A DNA stretch of 61,768 nucleotides, counting the filler. It is 9 parts of 9 records of this genome, joined end to end, with 100 filler letters (N's around TTAATTAATTAA, not from the genome) between each part and the next. Parts side by side here need not be neighbours in the genome. Positions count along the whole stretch, not along the records: positions 1 to 6,996 come from SRR31156797_49833; positions 7,097 to 13,143 come from SRR31156797_49844; 7 more parts are not named here. The stretch is one strand, 5' to 3'. Below the pieces are notes generated by a model. It was given only the letters and a program-made list of their open reading frames with translations, was not told the DNA's origin and searched no databases. A program made the position numbers and the translations under genes. Below are positions 1 to 11,200 of the stretch, one piece after another. Numbering within the stretch: position 1 is the stretch's first letter; the number at the start of each line of letters is the position of its first letter.

Positions 1-31
1 CAGGACAGCGTCCTGGTCCCGCTGAAAGCGA

Positions 32-760
32 TCACGGCAAAACGACAGGAAGTCGTTGTCCCAGAGTAATTCCATGCTCATTCACATGAGCAACGTAGGG
101 CCACATTTCGACACCTTTGTCCATCGCTTCGTAAAACAGTTCGGCATACACAGAATCGATAAAATCCGCTGGCCCAAAGCATTCTCCGTCAGACCGTTGG
201 ATCAAAAAGAAAAGGGCCACTCGCGCCCCGGTCTTGGCAAGTGCCATAAGCTCTCGCAAATGCTTTTGCCCCCGCTCCGTGATGGCATCCGGGAAACAAG
301 CTATACCGTCCTCAACCATGGTGACATTCTTACATTCCACCCAAAGATCGCCACGCTCGCCAGACAGAAACGCATCAAGCCGACTCTGTCCAACCTTGGC
401 TTCCTTCTTGAAGTGCTCGTAGCCATCTATCTCCGATAACGCGCAGGTTTCCCAAGCCTTGTGAAGCATCCGGTTGGGAGTCAACGTGTTCACACCAACC
501 ATGGTTCCGGCAAGGTCCAATGCCTCCAGAGTATACTTAAGCTTTCGGTTCGGATTGACTGCCGGAGACAGCAACGCGGTAGAACCGGGCCTGAGCAGTC
601 CGAGCATAGAGCCTGTATTGTTGGTATGCGCCTTGAGTACCTCACCTGTATCCGGGCCGGTCAGAGCTTCGGCATCTACAGTGAATCGCTTGATACGTCG
701 AATAAAAACAGCAGTCCGGCAAGGCGCATGAAACGGAAGCGTACACGACATGTCAGACAC
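32..760 (-). CDS. sfsA: DNA/RNA nuclease SfsA (sugar fermentation stimulation protein)
   Basis: FIRRIKRF..HTNNTGSMLGL N-terminus, SRLDAFL..WVECKNVT PD-(D/E)xK core, FPDAITERGQKHLREL motif. Confidence 0.93.
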   Translation of the reverse strand: MSDMSCTLPFHAPCRTAVFIRRIKRFTVDAEALTGPDTGEVLKAHTNNTGSMLGLLRPGSTALLSPAVNPNRKLKYTLEALDLAGTMVGVNTLTPNRMLHKAWETCALSEIDGYEHFKKEAKVGQSRLDAFLSGERGDLWVECKNVTMVEDGIACFPDAITERGQKHLRELMALAKTGARVALFFLIQRSDGECFGPADFIDSVYAELFYEAMDKGVEMWPYVAHVNEHGITLGQRLPVVLP

Positions 761-762
761 AG

Positions 763-1359
763 CTATTCCCCATTCCTTTGCCGCAATCCATCAACCACCT
801 GTTGCCCTTCTCCCTCGTACACATCCCGCTCACTCTCAGGGGTAGGACGTACGACATCGGGCCAGACTCCGGGTTGCTTTTCAGCACCCTTTCGGGCCTC
901 GGTACTGGGATTGGAGTCTGCCATAATCGGTGTCTTTCGCAGATCAACACCCGCTACCGGCGCACTGAATTCAATGGGAATATTATTAGGATCAAAGGCG
1001 TAAATTGAATGGATAAAACCGTGGTCCACCACTTCAGAACACCAAAGATCAGCCGCCTCAAGCTTGTCCTTGATCTCCCACAAATCATCATCCGAAACCA
1101 CACCAAAAGAAATATGATCAAAACCAATCTGACCTTTCACCGGAAATCCGTGATCCCGCTCCTCAAGAGGTTCAACATCCGGCCACTCGAAAAAGGCGAT
1201 CATGTCCTGTTCGGAAATTTCCAAAAAATAATGACGGTAACCGGGCCGACCGAGTCCGGCTACAAGACGCATACCGAGCAGGTCGCGCCAAAACCGGATA
1301 GTGCCATCCATATCACCAGTGACCATGGCCAGATGGTTGATACCGGTATATTGAGGCAT
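763..1359 (-). CDS. VOC/glyoxalase family protein
   Basis: GINHLAMVTGDM..FWRDLLGM, FDHISFGV and SIYAFDPNNIPIEF metal-binding VOC motifs. Confidence 0.85.
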   Translation of the reverse strand: MPQYTGINHLAMVTGDMDGTIRFWRDLLGMRLVAGLGRPGYRHYFLEISEQDMIAFFEWPDVEPLEERDHGFPVKGQIGFDHISFGVVSDDDLWEIKDKLEAADLWCSEVVDHGFIHSIYAFDPNNIPIEFSAPVAGVDLRKTPIMADSNPSTEARKGAEKQPGVWPDVVRPTPESERDVYEGEGQQVVDGLRQRNGE

Positions 1360-1374
1360 GATGAATCCCCCTTG

Positions 1375-2604
1375 CTATTCTCCGAAAGCGAGCCGCTGAA
1401 TAATAACGTTGGACACAAGCATTCCATTCTTGGTCAATCTGAGCCGTCCCTGATTGATACGCACCAGATTTTCACGGTGTAAAGCCGAAATCAACTGTTC
1501 CTGTCGCTTCACCAGATCATACCCGGTCCGCTCCCTGAATGCCTTGAGATCAAGACCTCGACTGGTCCGCAAGGACAGCATAATCATCTCTGCGAGCAAA
1601 TCTTTTTCAGTCAACTCTTCGAAATCATTACCCACCATGTCACCACGCACATAAGCGTCGTATTCGTCCATGTATCGAGGCGTAGTAAAGCGACGCTTAC
1701 CGAGAGTGGACACCGCTGAGGGACCAAGACCAAGATAATCGGACCCATCCCAATACCCGGAGTTATGCACGGACATAAACCCCATACGCGCAAAATTGGA
1801 CACCTCGTAGTGCATGTATCCCATGGACTCCAAATATTCAGCCCCATAAATAAACATCCGGCCCTGCTCTGTATCCGTAGGCAGGGTCAGATCACCGGAC
1901 TCACCGCACCGCTTTGCCATGAGTGTGCCGGATTCCAGCGTCAGATTATATGCGGAAAGATGTTCGGGCCGCATTTCAGCCACGACCTTCAATTGGTCAA
2001 GCCATGCCTTAAGCCGCTGACCGGGCAACCCCCAGATCAAGTCCAGTCCGATATTACCAAACCCCGCCCGCTGGGCATTGGCATACGCCTGCATGGTCAT
2101 GGCTGCGGAATGCGGTCTGTTCATGATCTGAAGATCATAGTCATTACCGCTCTGCATCCCCAGAGAAAGACGATTGAATCCGATAGAAAGCAGCCCTCTG
2201 AAATAACTGACGTCCTGCGCCGAATCTGGGTTGGCCTCCAACGTCACTTCCATACCCTCACTCAACACGAAGTGCTTATCGAGGGTCTTCATGATTTGAT
2301 CAAGCTGATTCAGGGGAATAAGACTCGGAGTACCACCGCCAAAATAAATAGTCCGCAAGACCGGTCGTTTCAGTCGCCTGCCCCACAACGCGATCTCTTG
2401 CAGCAACAGCTTATAGTACCACGCAAAGGTGACATCGTTAAAAGATTGCGAGTGAAAATTGCAATAGGAACAACGAGATTTGCAAAAAGGGACATGGATA
2501 TACAGATATAGCCCTTTGCCATTGGGATTCGTCCCTTTTTTTCGGCTGCTGACTTCCGGGAACGCAGGCTTTACAGGGACTCCCTCGCCGTAGATTTTAC
2601 CCAT
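1375..2604 (-). CDS. hemW: radical SAM heme chaperone HemW (HemN-like)
   Basis: LYIHVPFCKSRCSYCNF (CxxxCxxC), TIYFGGGTPS, YEVSNFA..HNSGYW..YLGLGPSA. Confidence 0.88.
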   Translation of the reverse strand: MGKIYGEGVPVKPAFPEVSSRKKGTNPNGKGLYLYIHVPFCKSRCSYCNFHSQSFNDVTFAWYYKLLLQEIALWGRRLKRPVLRTIYFGGGTPSLIPLNQLDQIMKTLDKHFVLSEGMEVTLEANPDSAQDVSYFRGLLSIGFNRLSLGMQSGNDYDLQIMNRPHSAAMTMQAYANAQRAGFGNIGLDLIWGLPGQRLKAWLDQLKVVAEMRPEHLSAYNLTLESGTLMAKRCGESGDLTLPTDTEQGRMFIYGAEYLESMGYMHYEVSNFARMGFMSVHNSGYWDGSDYLGLGPSAVSTLGKRRFTTPRYMDEYDAYVRGDMVGNDFEELTEKDLLAEMIMLSLRTSRGLDLKAFRERTGYDLVKRQEQLISALHRENLVRINQGRLRLTKNGMLVSNVIIQRLAFGE

Positions 2605-2607
2605 GAC

Positions 2608-2964
2608 CTATCCCTGACCATGACGGCTGGAGAACACGACCAGACCACCGAGGATGAGGTACACTCCGACAACGAAACCAATAGAAGCCAAGGCTGGCGA
2701 TGATACAAAATACGTCCAGGACGTGAGTAATGTTCCGGCCCCTTCATAGAGCATGATTATGGACAAAGCCCAGATGGAGATAACCCGCCGCTTGTAAGCG
2801 AACCATGCAATAACCCCGTAGGTTAACACGGCAAGGATGCCAATACCCCATATTTCATTGGAATTGACGGTCACCCCGGAAAAAACGGCGGCAATGGTTT
2901 TGAGAATCATAAATACGATAAGAACGACTTCACGCCGAAAAAGAAGGTCGAACAACGTGCGCAT
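2608..2964 (-). CDS. small integral membrane protein (about 4 TM), unknown function
   Basis: four hydrophobic stretches; tightly packed between queH and hemW on the same strand. Confidence 0.7.
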   Translation of the reverse strand: MRTLFDLLFRREVVLIVFMILKTIAAVFSGVTVNSNEIWGIGILAVLTYGVIAWFAYKRRVISIWALSIIMLYEGAGTLLTSWTYFVSSPALASIGFVVGVYLILGGLVVFSSRHGQG

Positions 2965-2966
2965 GG

Positions 2967-3509
2967 TTATTTCCCCAACTCCCGCTGGTACCGTTCATTT
3001 TCGCTGTAAAGACAGCCACAATACTGTTGGCGATAGATTCCCCATTCCTTGGAGATCACGATGCCATCCTGCCAGCCTTCACGAAAATCATGGTAAAAAA
3101 AACGCGTCTTATCGGACTGGAGATCCTGTCCAAGTTTCGAAATATCATCATGCTTCTGATATTTGGAGTAAAGCAGCGTGGTGGTAAAGAAATCGAACCC
3201 ACCCTTTTTTGCTATCTGGGATGTGCGCTCCATACGACCGGCATAGCAATGAAAACAACGGTTGGTCTCGCGGTAGGCCACACTGCGGAACCATTCCTGC
3301 GGCCTATACTCATTATCCTTGACGATAACCTTGATGCCGAGCTTTTCCGCCACTTCCAGACAGCCATCACGCCGCTTCACATACTCCATCAAAGGATGAA
3401 TGTTCGGATTATAGAACAATCCAGTGACATCATGTCCCTGATCCTGAAGGGTCTTGATGGTGGTGATGGAACACGGACCGCAACATATGTGAAGAAGAAC
3501 TCTTTTCAT
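2967..3509 (-). CDS. queH: epoxyqueuosine reductase QueH (DUF208)
   Basis: MKRVLLHICCGPCS, FYNPNIHP..EY, RCFHCY, YRQQYCGCLYS; start reassigned to ATG at 3509 because the ORF-track extension overlaps the upstream gene. Confidence 0.9.
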   Translation of the reverse strand: MKRVLLHICCGPCSITTIKTLQDQGHDVTGLFYNPNIHPLMEYVKRRDGCLEVAEKLGIKVIVKDNEYRPQEWFRSVAYRETNRCFHCYAGRMERTSQIAKKGGFDFFTTTLLYSKYQKHDDISKLGQDLQSDKTRFFYHDFREGWQDGIVISKEWGIYRQQYCGCLYSENERYQRELGK

Positions 3510-3582
3510 TTGAGGACCATTTTGAGCGCATTTGATGCGATTTGTAAAGGAAACGCCATGCCACCGGCAACCAAGATAGAGA

Positions 3583-4422
3583 CTAGGAAGACTTGGCCGC
3601 CTGTCCGGTGGAAATAGTCTTGCCCGTTTCAGACGTTTTTGCAGCAAGCTTGTCAAAATCAATAAAACGCTGGAGCATGGTCTCCACTTCATCCAAAGCC
3701 ACGGTGGTATCGAGACACGGGCCATTGGGCCGTTGATTCAGCACGCCATACACCGGCAACGGATACGTATCCTGAATACCGCTGGACAAATCACGATGGC
3801 AGGCCACGGCAATAATCATCTGCGGCCGAAGTTGTACCACGATACGACGGGCAATGGTGCCACCTGTGGCCACAGCCAAGTTCACCCCGTATTTATCATG
3901 CAAACCAAGCAGTCCGGCAATGGGACACTTTCCGCACCGTTCACAATTGTTGATATCGTAAGTCAGTCGTTTGTCGCACCGGGAATTCTGCAGACAATGC
4001 GGCATAAGCAACAGAATCTTATCAGGAGCATACCGGCCCGCTTCGGCCAGCACCAAATCGTTGTTCACCGAAATGAACGACAGCCGAATCAGCTCCTTTT
4101 CAATACCGAACACCCTACCGAGCAAGACCATCAGTGGCAAAAAAAGTTTAATGGTCAGACCACGAAACCGTTTGGCTCCGGGCAGGGGTTTCTTGGTGAC
4201 TATATTCAGGAACAAACCCCAGTAGGCGATGCAAACCACGCCGATCAGAACAACGAGTACACCACCCAGCACCCATTTGGCGGCAGGGTGTATATTCTCA
4301 AGCCCCACGTAAGGAACAACCCACAGAGCCATGAGAAACAAACAAACCAGCAGGCAGGCGCAACTTATCAGGCCGATAAAGAGACGTTTACGCGCCTTGT
4401 GTATGGATCGCATGGGACTCAT
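3583..4422 (-). CDS. DUF116 domain membrane protein
   Basis: two N-terminal TM helices; LLMPHCLQ..C..CERCGKC, VATGGTIAR, AVACHRDL..G..PNGPCLDT. Confidence 0.85.
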   Translation of the reverse strand: MSPMRSIHKARKRLFIGLISCACLLVCLFLMALWVVPYVGLENIHPAAKWVLGGVLVVLIGVVCIAYWGLFLNIVTKKPLPGAKRFRGLTIKLFLPLMVLLGRVFGIEKELIRLSFISVNNDLVLAEAGRYAPDKILLLMPHCLQNSRCDKRLTYDINNCERCGKCPIAGLLGLHDKYGVNLAVATGGTIARRIVVQLRPQMIIAVACHRDLSSGIQDTYPLPVYGVLNQRPNGPCLDTTVALDEVETMLQRFIDFDKLAAKTSETGKTISTGQAAKSS

Positions 4423-4432
4423 GTCGCGCCTT

Positions 4433-5434
4433 CTATTTACATTCCTTCATGTACCCGCAGGCAAAAGCCGTGGCGTCCATGGCCTTCTTGCCCTGAGGTT
4501 TCACTTCCGGGGTCAAATAAATCTTATCAGCGGCAACAATGGCGAGCTTGCCGTCCATTTCACCCAACACTGTTCCCGGCTCCACGCTGGGGGCGGAATC
4601 CTCGGAGGGTTCACCCGGCGCAACGTTCAAACGAATGGTCTTGCCTTCCGGGTTGGTCCAGTCAAAAAAGGCACCAGGCCACGGATACATGGCACGAATC
4701 TGGTTATGGATGGCCGCAACAGGACGGTTCCAATCGATTTCGCCTTCCTTCTTTTCCAATTTTTTGGCGTAGGTGGCGTTTTCGTTATCCTGCTCCTTGA
4801 GATCATAGGCTCCAGTCTGTAACCGGGCCATGGCCTCGCAGATACAAATACCACCGAGTTTAGCCAGTTCATCATGAATGGCCCCGGCGTGATCATTATG
4901 ACCAATACGCAGAGCGCGCTGTACCATGACCGGACCGGTGTCCAAACCGGCTTCCATCTTCATGATGGAAATGCCAGTGACCACATCGCCGTTCTCTATA
5001 GACCGTTGAATCGGAGCCGCGCCTCGCCACTGAGGCAACAGGGAGGCGTGGATATTAAGCGGATGGATAGTCGGGATATCAAGCACGGCCTGAGGCAGAA
5101 TCAACCCGTAAGCAGCCACCACCAGCACATCCGGCTTGAGTGCTGCCAGTTCGTCGATAGCTTTCTGGTCCTTGAAATTTTCAGGCTGAAACACGGGGAT
5201 GTCGTTTTCCAACGCCACCTTTTTCACTGCGGACGGCTTGCACTGCCTGCCACGACCACACGGACGATCCGGCTGTGAATAAACACCGACAACATCAGCG
5301 GCATCAAAGGCAAGCAGAATGCTCAGTGCCTCGGCAGCAAAATCAGGCGTCCCCATGAAAACTGTACGCAACGGCTTCAAATCCACTGCACCCCAGGACT
5401 CGGGAGATGTCGAATTGGTATTTATCTCTTCCAC
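4433..5434 (-). CDS. fmt: methionyl-tRNA formyltransferase
   Basis: VFMGTPDFA, SQPDRPCGRG, NIHASLLPQWRGAAPIQ; directly downstream of def. Confidence 0.96.
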   Translation of the reverse strand: MEEINTNSTSPESWGAVDLKPLRTVFMGTPDFAAEALSILLAFDAADVVGVYSQPDRPCGRGRQCKPSAVKKVALENDIPVFQPENFKDQKAIDELAALKPDVLVVAAYGLILPQAVLDIPTIHPLNIHASLLPQWRGAAPIQRSIENGDVVTGISIMKMEAGLDTGPVMVQRALRIGHNDHAGAIHDELAKLGGICICEAMARLQTGAYDLKEQDNENATYAKKLEKKEGEIDWNRPVAAIHNQIRAMYPWPGAFFDWTNPEGKTIRLNVAPGEPSEDSAPSVEPGTVLGEMDGKLAIVAADKIYLTPEVKPQGKKAMDATAFACGYMKECK

Positions 5435-5919
5435 TTGAGAGCCTTCTTTTTGTACATGGCCTTTTTCAGACGACCAACACGATCAGCCAGGGTCACGCCT
5501 TCCAGATGATCGATTTCATGCTGCAATATAATAGCCAAAAAACCAGCGGTATCAATAACGACTTCCTTGCCGTCCGGGTCCAGAGCCTTGCACACGACAT
5601 GTTCGGATCGTTTGACCTTGGTGCTCAGTTCCGGGCAGCTCAGGCAGCCTTCCTCGGACTCCACTTCACCGTCACATTCCACAATTTCCGGGTTAATGAG
5701 CACTCGCAAATCACCACGAACCTTGGGACCGGTCTGATCCACGCAGATGAGTCTGATGGACTCGCCAATCTGCGGAGCGGCAAGCCCCACACCATCAGAC
5801 TCGTACATGGTCTCGATCATGTTTTCGATGAGTTCTTTCAACTCGGGAGTGACCTCTCCAAGAGGTTCGGCCTTGGCAGCCAAGACCTCGTCAGGCCACG
5901 TGCATATGTCTAATTTCAT
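5422..5919 (-). CDS. def: peptide deformylase
   Basis: GVGLAAPQIG, EGCLS, QHEIDHLEG motifs; true start ATG at 5919 preceded by GGAGG. Confidence 0.96.
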   Translation of the reverse strand: MKLDICTWPDEVLAAKAEPLGEVTPELKELIENMIETMYESDGVGLAAPQIGESIRLICVDQTGPKVRGDLRVLINPEIVECDGEVESEEGCLSCPELSTKVKRSEHVVCKALDPDGKEVVIDTAGFLAIILQHEIDHLEGVTLADRVGRLKKAMYKKKALKWKR

Positions 5920-5936
5920 TATATTGCCTCCGGCGA

Positions 5937-5995
5937 CTGGGGAAAGGGAAGAGGGAAACCTCTTGAAAAAGGTTCTCCCTCTTCCCTTTCCCCAG
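5937..5995. repeat. long purine/pyrimidine-rich inverted repeat (REP-like)
   Basis: CTGGGGAAAGGGAAGAGGGAAACC-N10-GGTTCTCCCTCTTCCCTTTCCCCAG, about 24-bp stem. Confidence 0.75.
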
Positions 5996-6238
5996 CCCCC
6001 TATCCCATTTCCTTTCCAAAACTTATTGTAACGCCGCTGGAAAGGCATTCGTTATCAGGGAAATTATACGCGACGAAACGAAAACAGATTCGTTTTATAT
6101 CAATAAGTCCTAAAATTCAAAAGGCGAGTTTTTTTTGTGACCCGCCAACCTCTTACCATCGAAATATTCGTGGCGATTCTTTTCAAACCCGCATAACTCC
6201 GAGCAAAGCGAGCGATAAAAAGTTTGGGAAAGGAGAGC

Positions 6239-6276
6239 GCGAGAGAAAAACCTTTCTCAAAAGGTTTTCCTCTCGC
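6239..6276. repeat. second REP-like hairpin, possible terminator after aspS
   Basis: GCGAGAGAAAAACCTTT-CTCA-AAAGGTTTTCCTCTCGC; same AAACC(T)..AAAGGTT core as the 5937-5995 hairpin. Confidence 0.65.
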
Positions 6277-6287
6277 ATCTTCAATCC

Positions 6288-6996
<709 letters not shown>

Positions 6997-7096
6997 NNNN
7001 NNNNNNNNNNNNNNNNNNNNNNNNNNNNNNNNNNNNNNNNTTAATTAATTAANNNNNNNNNNNNNNNNNNNNNNNNNNNNNNNNNNNNNNNNNNNN
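6997..7096. other. artificial contig spacer
   Basis: 44 N + TTAATTAATTAA (stops in all six frames) + 44 N. Confidence 0.98.
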
Positions 7097-7567
7097 TTTG
7101 AATCCAGTGTTTCTATGTGTATAACCATTTTTCACAGAACACACAGCTTTTAACCAATCACCTTCCTGGCTAAGAGTTATCCCATTCAACTGGTCCCACA
7201 AACTAGGATCTGTGAATGTGCAGTTCTCCCACTCTGGGAAAAATCCCCAACAACCTCTTCTGTCTCCTCCGATATTTGAGGGATTATCATACCACTTTCC
7301 ATCTATATTGATCTTAGGAGGAATGTAGGTTCCGAGGTTCATTCCTGATACTGGCTTCCGTCCCTTTGAAGAGACCACCCCTTCAGTCCCATCCATGAAC
7401 AGCTCTTGTTCTGGAGTGATATCAACAAAGTCCTCAGAACCTGTTTCTAGAACAGGATCGAGATGTTTATGAATACCGGCAAGATTAACATCTTTAGCCT
7501 CAAGGTTCTTTTTCAGGGACTCCTCCCCTACTTTAACCCGCGACTGATCTGTGAAGAATTTACTCAC
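7097..7567 (-). CDS. hypothetical phage protein, probably virion-associated (3' truncated)
   Basis: GTG start with AGGAAGG SD; co-oriented with tail genes; no recognisable family motif. Confidence 0.55.
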
Positions 7568-7589
7568 ACTTAACCTTCCTATTTTTGCC

Positions 7590-8189
7590 TTAAGCGGCTT
7601 TTAATACATCTTTATAGTGCAAGTGTTCTTTCACAGAGACCTTATACCACTTCCGGTCCTTACCAATATGCACCGCCTCACCAACAGGCTTATAGCGCAT
7701 CCAGCGGAAGGGAAGCTTGGTCACAATATCGTTTCCATTCTCAACCCTCAGGAAATTGCACCAGCGCTTCGAGGGTGCGCCGATGGTCACAACCCTCGGA
7801 CAGCCGAAAACAATCGACTGAACGAATACCTTCGGGAAATTTGTGGTCACATCCTCATGACCGAGTACACACATAGCGGCCCCTTGCGAAAACCCATAGA
7901 ACTCAACCCGTTCAATATCGTTTTCACGGATCAGCTCATGAATCTCCTCCCGTACTGTTTTGTACTTCAGAAGGAATCCGGCATGAACCCTGAACTTCTC
8001 TTCCATTCCTCGGTAAGGAACCTTAGGGCAGAAGAAATTCAGAACCCAATCAACTGTGCTCCCTGAGCCTTCAAACCGAGTTTTGAGAGTATTTCCTACA
8101 ATTTCATAATCCCATTCTGTATCCGTGTTCTTATCCATGTAGCGGAAGGGCTTCTTTGTTGCGTATTGGTAAAGCTTTAAATAATCCAT
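7590..8189 (-). CDS. class 3 lipase-like alpha/beta hydrolase
   Basis: FEGS..DW lid region, VHAGF, nucleophile elbow GFSQG, FGCPRV, NGNDIVTKLP (Asp), C-terminal KEH (His). Confidence 0.88.
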   Translation of the reverse strand: MDYLKLYQYATKKPFRYMDKNTDTEWDYEIVGNTLKTRFEGSGSTVDWVLNFFCPKVPYRGMEEKFRVHAGFLLKYKTVREEIHELIRENDIERVEFYGFSQGAAMCVLGHEDVTTNFPKVFVQSIVFGCPRVVTIGAPSKRWCNFLRVENGNDIVTKLPFRWMRYKPVGEAVHIGKDRKWYKVSVKEHLHYKDVLKAA

Positions 8190-8207
8190 CTGTGTATTTC
8201 CTCATTG

Positions 8208-8231
8208 AAAAGCCCCTCATTTCTGAGGGGC
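8208..8231 (-). terminator. intrinsic terminator after the large fibre gene
   Basis: minus strand GCCCCTCA-GAAA-TGAGGGGC-TTTT. Confidence 0.75.
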
Positions 8232-8241
8232 ATGGTTTGAT

Positions 8242-11200
8242 TTAGTTGATTGTGCTGGGAAGCGCCCAGTACCCTTCAAGCTGTATGTTAATAAACGTTG
8301 AGGCAGAGCTGTCGACTAGTGTAGTAACGCTATTATCGCCCTTCAAGATCATAACGTCACCTGTGGACAAATTGGATATCTGGTTAGCGGAGGCATTCCA
8401 GTCCGATGTATCTCCTGTAAAGATTTCTGGTAGGTTCCAAACATCTTGAAGAGAGGCTCTCCCAGTAGCTTGGGGTAATCTTTGAACCATAGACCCATCA
8501 GCAGTCTTTCTCACTATCCAATCACCGTTACCCACCGTTTTTTTATACTGATGTATCAAGCAGGATTTATCCGCCATCCAGCAGTTATTATCCTTATTCA
8601 ACCTCCACCTACAGGAGCCTCCGGCACCGATCTTGATGCCGTCAGGACAACCTGTAATGACATAAGAGGGATCGGTGTCAAACCCCGCTGAGTTGAAGAC
8701 TTCAACAATATCCCCGTCACTGTATGCAGGATCCAGATGACTGGGGAACTCCGCTGAGATGTCAATTGCTCCTCCTGAGGTGTCTTTACGGATGAAAAGT
8801 TTCTCAGGATTACCTACGACTGTGCTGTTAGTGCGCTTGTAATTAAGGTTTAAAAACCCTTGTACTTTCCAAACCCGCGTGATCTTAGGAGCAGGTGATT
8901 GATAGGCACCATTACCACTTACTGTAATTCCAGTTCCGTTAACCTGTGAAAAAACTCCATTTCCCGCAGCATCTAGGAAGATAAGATGGTGGGTGTTCTC
9001 TGATCGACCACTATACCGCACCCGCCCAGTCATTCTTTCTTCCCCCCCACCGTTATAGGAGACCTCAATAATGTAGTCTCCTATAGGTGAATCCAAATGC
9101 TTCATGCTGGAATACGAGACAAGGCTACTAACTCCAGATTGATCCTCGTACACGAGAGTACTGGCGTCCTTAATAGGAACAGCAGGAATCTCGTTACCCG
9201 TTGCGTCTTTCCACTGCTGGACTTTCACTATCGTTGAAGTGTAACTACCTACAGTTGAGGATTTAATCTCCATGTCAGCCTGAATAAACTCAAGCCGGAT
9301 CTGACTTCCGAGATCTGACTGACTGACGAAGAGGGACTCCTGAAAATCACCAATGGTCGTATCTATTTCCATAGACACTGCTTCATCTCCAGAGCCAACT
9401 TGTCTCCCCCATACTTTGTAAACTCCCGGTTCAGGAAGCTTTACGAGGCTCTGGCTCCCCTCCCAGATAGTCACCCAATCCTTCTTAGGTTCAGGATGCT
9501 GGATCAGGTGTCCGGTTAGGATCGTCCATTCCCCGTCGATCAGGCAGAGTGAGATAGAGCGATGGTCTGTAACCACCATTGTATCCCATGGGGTCTGAAT
9601 AGTGAGAGTTTGGCCGACATCACCGCCGTTTTTGAGAGTCACGAGGTAGCCCTCTGTTGCAGTTGCTACTGGAGGGAAATACTGAGCATCATCAGTAGTG
9701 ATATTAACAGGACCTGAGGTGGTGTCGATCTCATGAATCCGCCCATTCTCACCGAAGAGGTTAATGTTCCGATGGTCGATGGACTGGGACATCATTCCTG
9801 TAAACCGAAGGATACGGTTTATTGTTGGAGAATAGGTACCAACTCCATTTGCTACAAATTCCCCATCTGGATTAAAATATGCACGAACGAAATTTGCGGG
9901 AGATCCTGAACTTTGTAAGTCCTGACCGAATACCCCTTCACTATCAGATGCTATATAGATAACATTTGTTACTTTTACCCCGGATGACAGGTGAAGAAAA
10001 AGTTCCACCAAATACATTGAATCGTATTCAAATTCAGAAAGTTCATCCTTTGATACAGTACTTTTCGGATCTCCATTCCATACTTCTACAATTCCATCAT
10101 GGAGAGGGTATGGCTTCTGGTTGTATCCGCGGGAGTCTTGCTTCCTGAATAATTTACAGATCTTATAGCTTGGGTGTTCAGTGTTCCATTCACCTGTTGA
10201 ATAGGAGTAAAGAAGGTTGTAAGTTTTCTCCCATGCCGTCCCTGCATTAGTACCTTTAGAGGAGTCAACCAAGACAACAGCTTCATAAACGGTACTGTTT
10301 TCAGTGAATGCAGTAAGTATTGCTTTGTACTCACCATCTGGAACCTTGAAAGTTACTTTCTGGCTATTCACAGGAGTAAAACCCTCAACCTCAACCCAGT
10401 CTTTTACAGGGTAGTAGTTGGCTTGGGAGATTGGTGATAATTTCTTATAGGAAATCGTTGCCCGATAATACCATCCATCCGTTACAGGAGTTACGGTGTG
10501 TCCACTTGCGATGAACGCAAGAGTCGATGCAGTGGAGATCCTAATGGAGGAATCCGATTCATATTTAACTGTGGATCCAAAACTAACATTAGATGCATTT
10601 ATTGTGGTATTCCCTACCGGAACGTCCAAAGAGTCCGAATCTTTTCCCGTTGGGGATACAAGAAATCTAATATCTAAATCATCTAAAACAGCACCTTTAA
10701 AGGGATGCTCTATGATGATATCCTGCCCTGTCCAGCTAGGCATTGCTGTCCAAACGGTTTTATAGGGTTCCACCATTACACCAAGCTTGGCTTCCAGTTC
10801 AGCTACCTGACTCACTAGATCTGAAGACACCTGCTCAGTTGCTTCAGACCCACCAAGATAAATGACGTACTTCATGCCTGCGGGGGCCTTCGAGAACCTG
10901 ATCTCTTTCTCGATTTTCACAATGGAAAAGGTGTTATATCCTTTTTGAGTGGCAGAGAAATAACCAGCTGAATTCCAGTGAATATTTATAAAGGTAGTCT
11001 CAGCGGAATAACCTGCTGAATAGGCATTTGAGCTGAGATCAACTACTTCAATTGTTCCCTGCATAGTGTTTTGAGCACTATCGTCATTGTAGTCCACGAT
11101 AGCTCGAAACCGATCTCCGTTTTCAACGGTCTCACCACTAAATGCTTTAATCATTTCGGGGGAGACTTGGGTTACCTCGCCCTGTTCTCCCTCCCAAACT

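Noticed and set aside
3733-4800. 355-aa plus-strand ORF and similar long antisense ORFs in GC-rich contigs
   Set aside because: They lie opposite well-supported genes (DUF116, fmt, RND, xylA) and have no family signatures
5920-6048. N-terminal extension of def in the ORF track
   Set aside because: It is translated repeat hairpin sequence; the ATG at 5919 has an SD and gives a normal-length deformylase
7041-7052. TTAATTAATTAA recurring eight times
   Set aside because: Artificial six-frame-stop linker inside N runs, not a biological repeat
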